64,000 nt of DNA from assembly GCF_009834535.1 (NCBI RefSeq), contig NC_045696.1, positions 76,758,001 to 76,822,000 on the forward strand. Direction: 5' to 3'. Numbering within the stretch: position 1 is the stretch's first letter; each line of letters opens with the position of its first letter. Source of the DNA: Camelus ferus (lineage: Eukaryota). A program made the position numbers and the translations under genes. This document shows positions 63,168 through 64,000 of the stretch, in pieces. The notes below the pieces were generated by a model, which worked only from the letters and a program-made list of their open reading frames with translations, made no database searches and was not told the origin of the DNA.

Positions 63168-64000
63168 CTGAGGAGTCATTGGTACTCGAGAAACACGTAG
63201 TCCCTGTTTTGGAGATTTGATAACCTAATGAGTTTTACTTTATTTTTCTAAGATTATCTTGTTTCCTCTTAAGTTTTTATAAGTGCCTCATAGGGAGAGA
63301 TTTTTATCTCTATCCCAGAATTGTGTCTGGCATTGAGTAGCCTCAAGAAATATGCCTCAAATTATATTCTCAAGAAAATAAGCAAGTTTTTTTTCCCTCC
63401 AAGCACTTATTTTATTTTTCCTTGAAAATTTCTTGACTGTATTAGATGAATGGGGCTTTCGGTGAATGAAAAGTTTTGTGTGGTTCAGCTGAAACTGTAG
63501 CGTAGATTTAGTACCTCAAAACTATTTTAAATTACCCAACAGCCCTTTTGTTATTGCAAAGAAAGGAATGGGAAAAAAACAAAAAGTTGAGCCATGGACG
63601 GTGCTGTATATCAAACAAATGCAAGGTCTGATAGTAGGAAGAGGGAAGTGGTACCTCCTTGCCATTCTATGACCCTAAAAACGAAACAAACTAATAGGAG
63701 CAGAGTCATCTTAATGAGAAGGCTTTATTGGAATGGCATTTTGAATTACAGACAATCATTTAAGTGACCACTCAAGTACTATATTTGGCAGTATATATAA
63801 TTGTGGTGTTAATGAAAATATTCAGGGGCTTTAATTTTAAAAACTGGTAATGTAAATAAAAGCTTTATTTTGATTTCTGTCTGTTTTTTTGATTTCTGTT
63901 ATTTTGATTTCTTACATATTTTGTGCTGCAAGTGTATTTGAAGTTTTTCCAGGGAGTGCTATTTGTTCATTTGTGCCTCCAGAGATGCTGGGCCATGCTC

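Overview
Eutherian mammal genomic DNA. It is probably camelid: two copies of a tRNA-derived SINE resemble the camelid Vic-1 family, and I saw no Alu, B1/B2, Bov-A/BovB, PRE-1 or Can-SINE. I could not recognise any cellular protein-coding exon or RNA gene; the window reads as intronic or intergenic DNA dense in interspersed repeats. The dominant feature is a full-length, ~7.1 kb LINE-1 on the minus strand (23288-30389). It has a 13-bp TSD, a CpG-island 5'UTR, ORF1, a ~400-nt spacer, ORF2 and a poly(A) tail, but as written its ORFs are broken by several 1-2 nt indels and the endonuclease catalytic His reads Arg. The least expected feature is an unusually long, very ancient CR1/L3 LINE relic (~43.6-47.6 kb, + strand) in which ORF1 esterase-like, endonuclease, RT and 3'-end motifs can still be read in order. 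Also present are four ERV1-type solo LTRs (two of the same family), many MaLR/ERVL LTRs, L2, MIR, HAL1 and old L1 fragments, hAT and Tigger DNA-transposon relics, and microsatellites. The orientation bias of L1s and ERV1 LTRs suggests an intron of a + strand gene, and a few candidate + strand splice signals are listed. I found no convincing novel biological system. Repeat family names come from recalled consensus resemblance, not a database search, and boundaries without TSDs are approximate.
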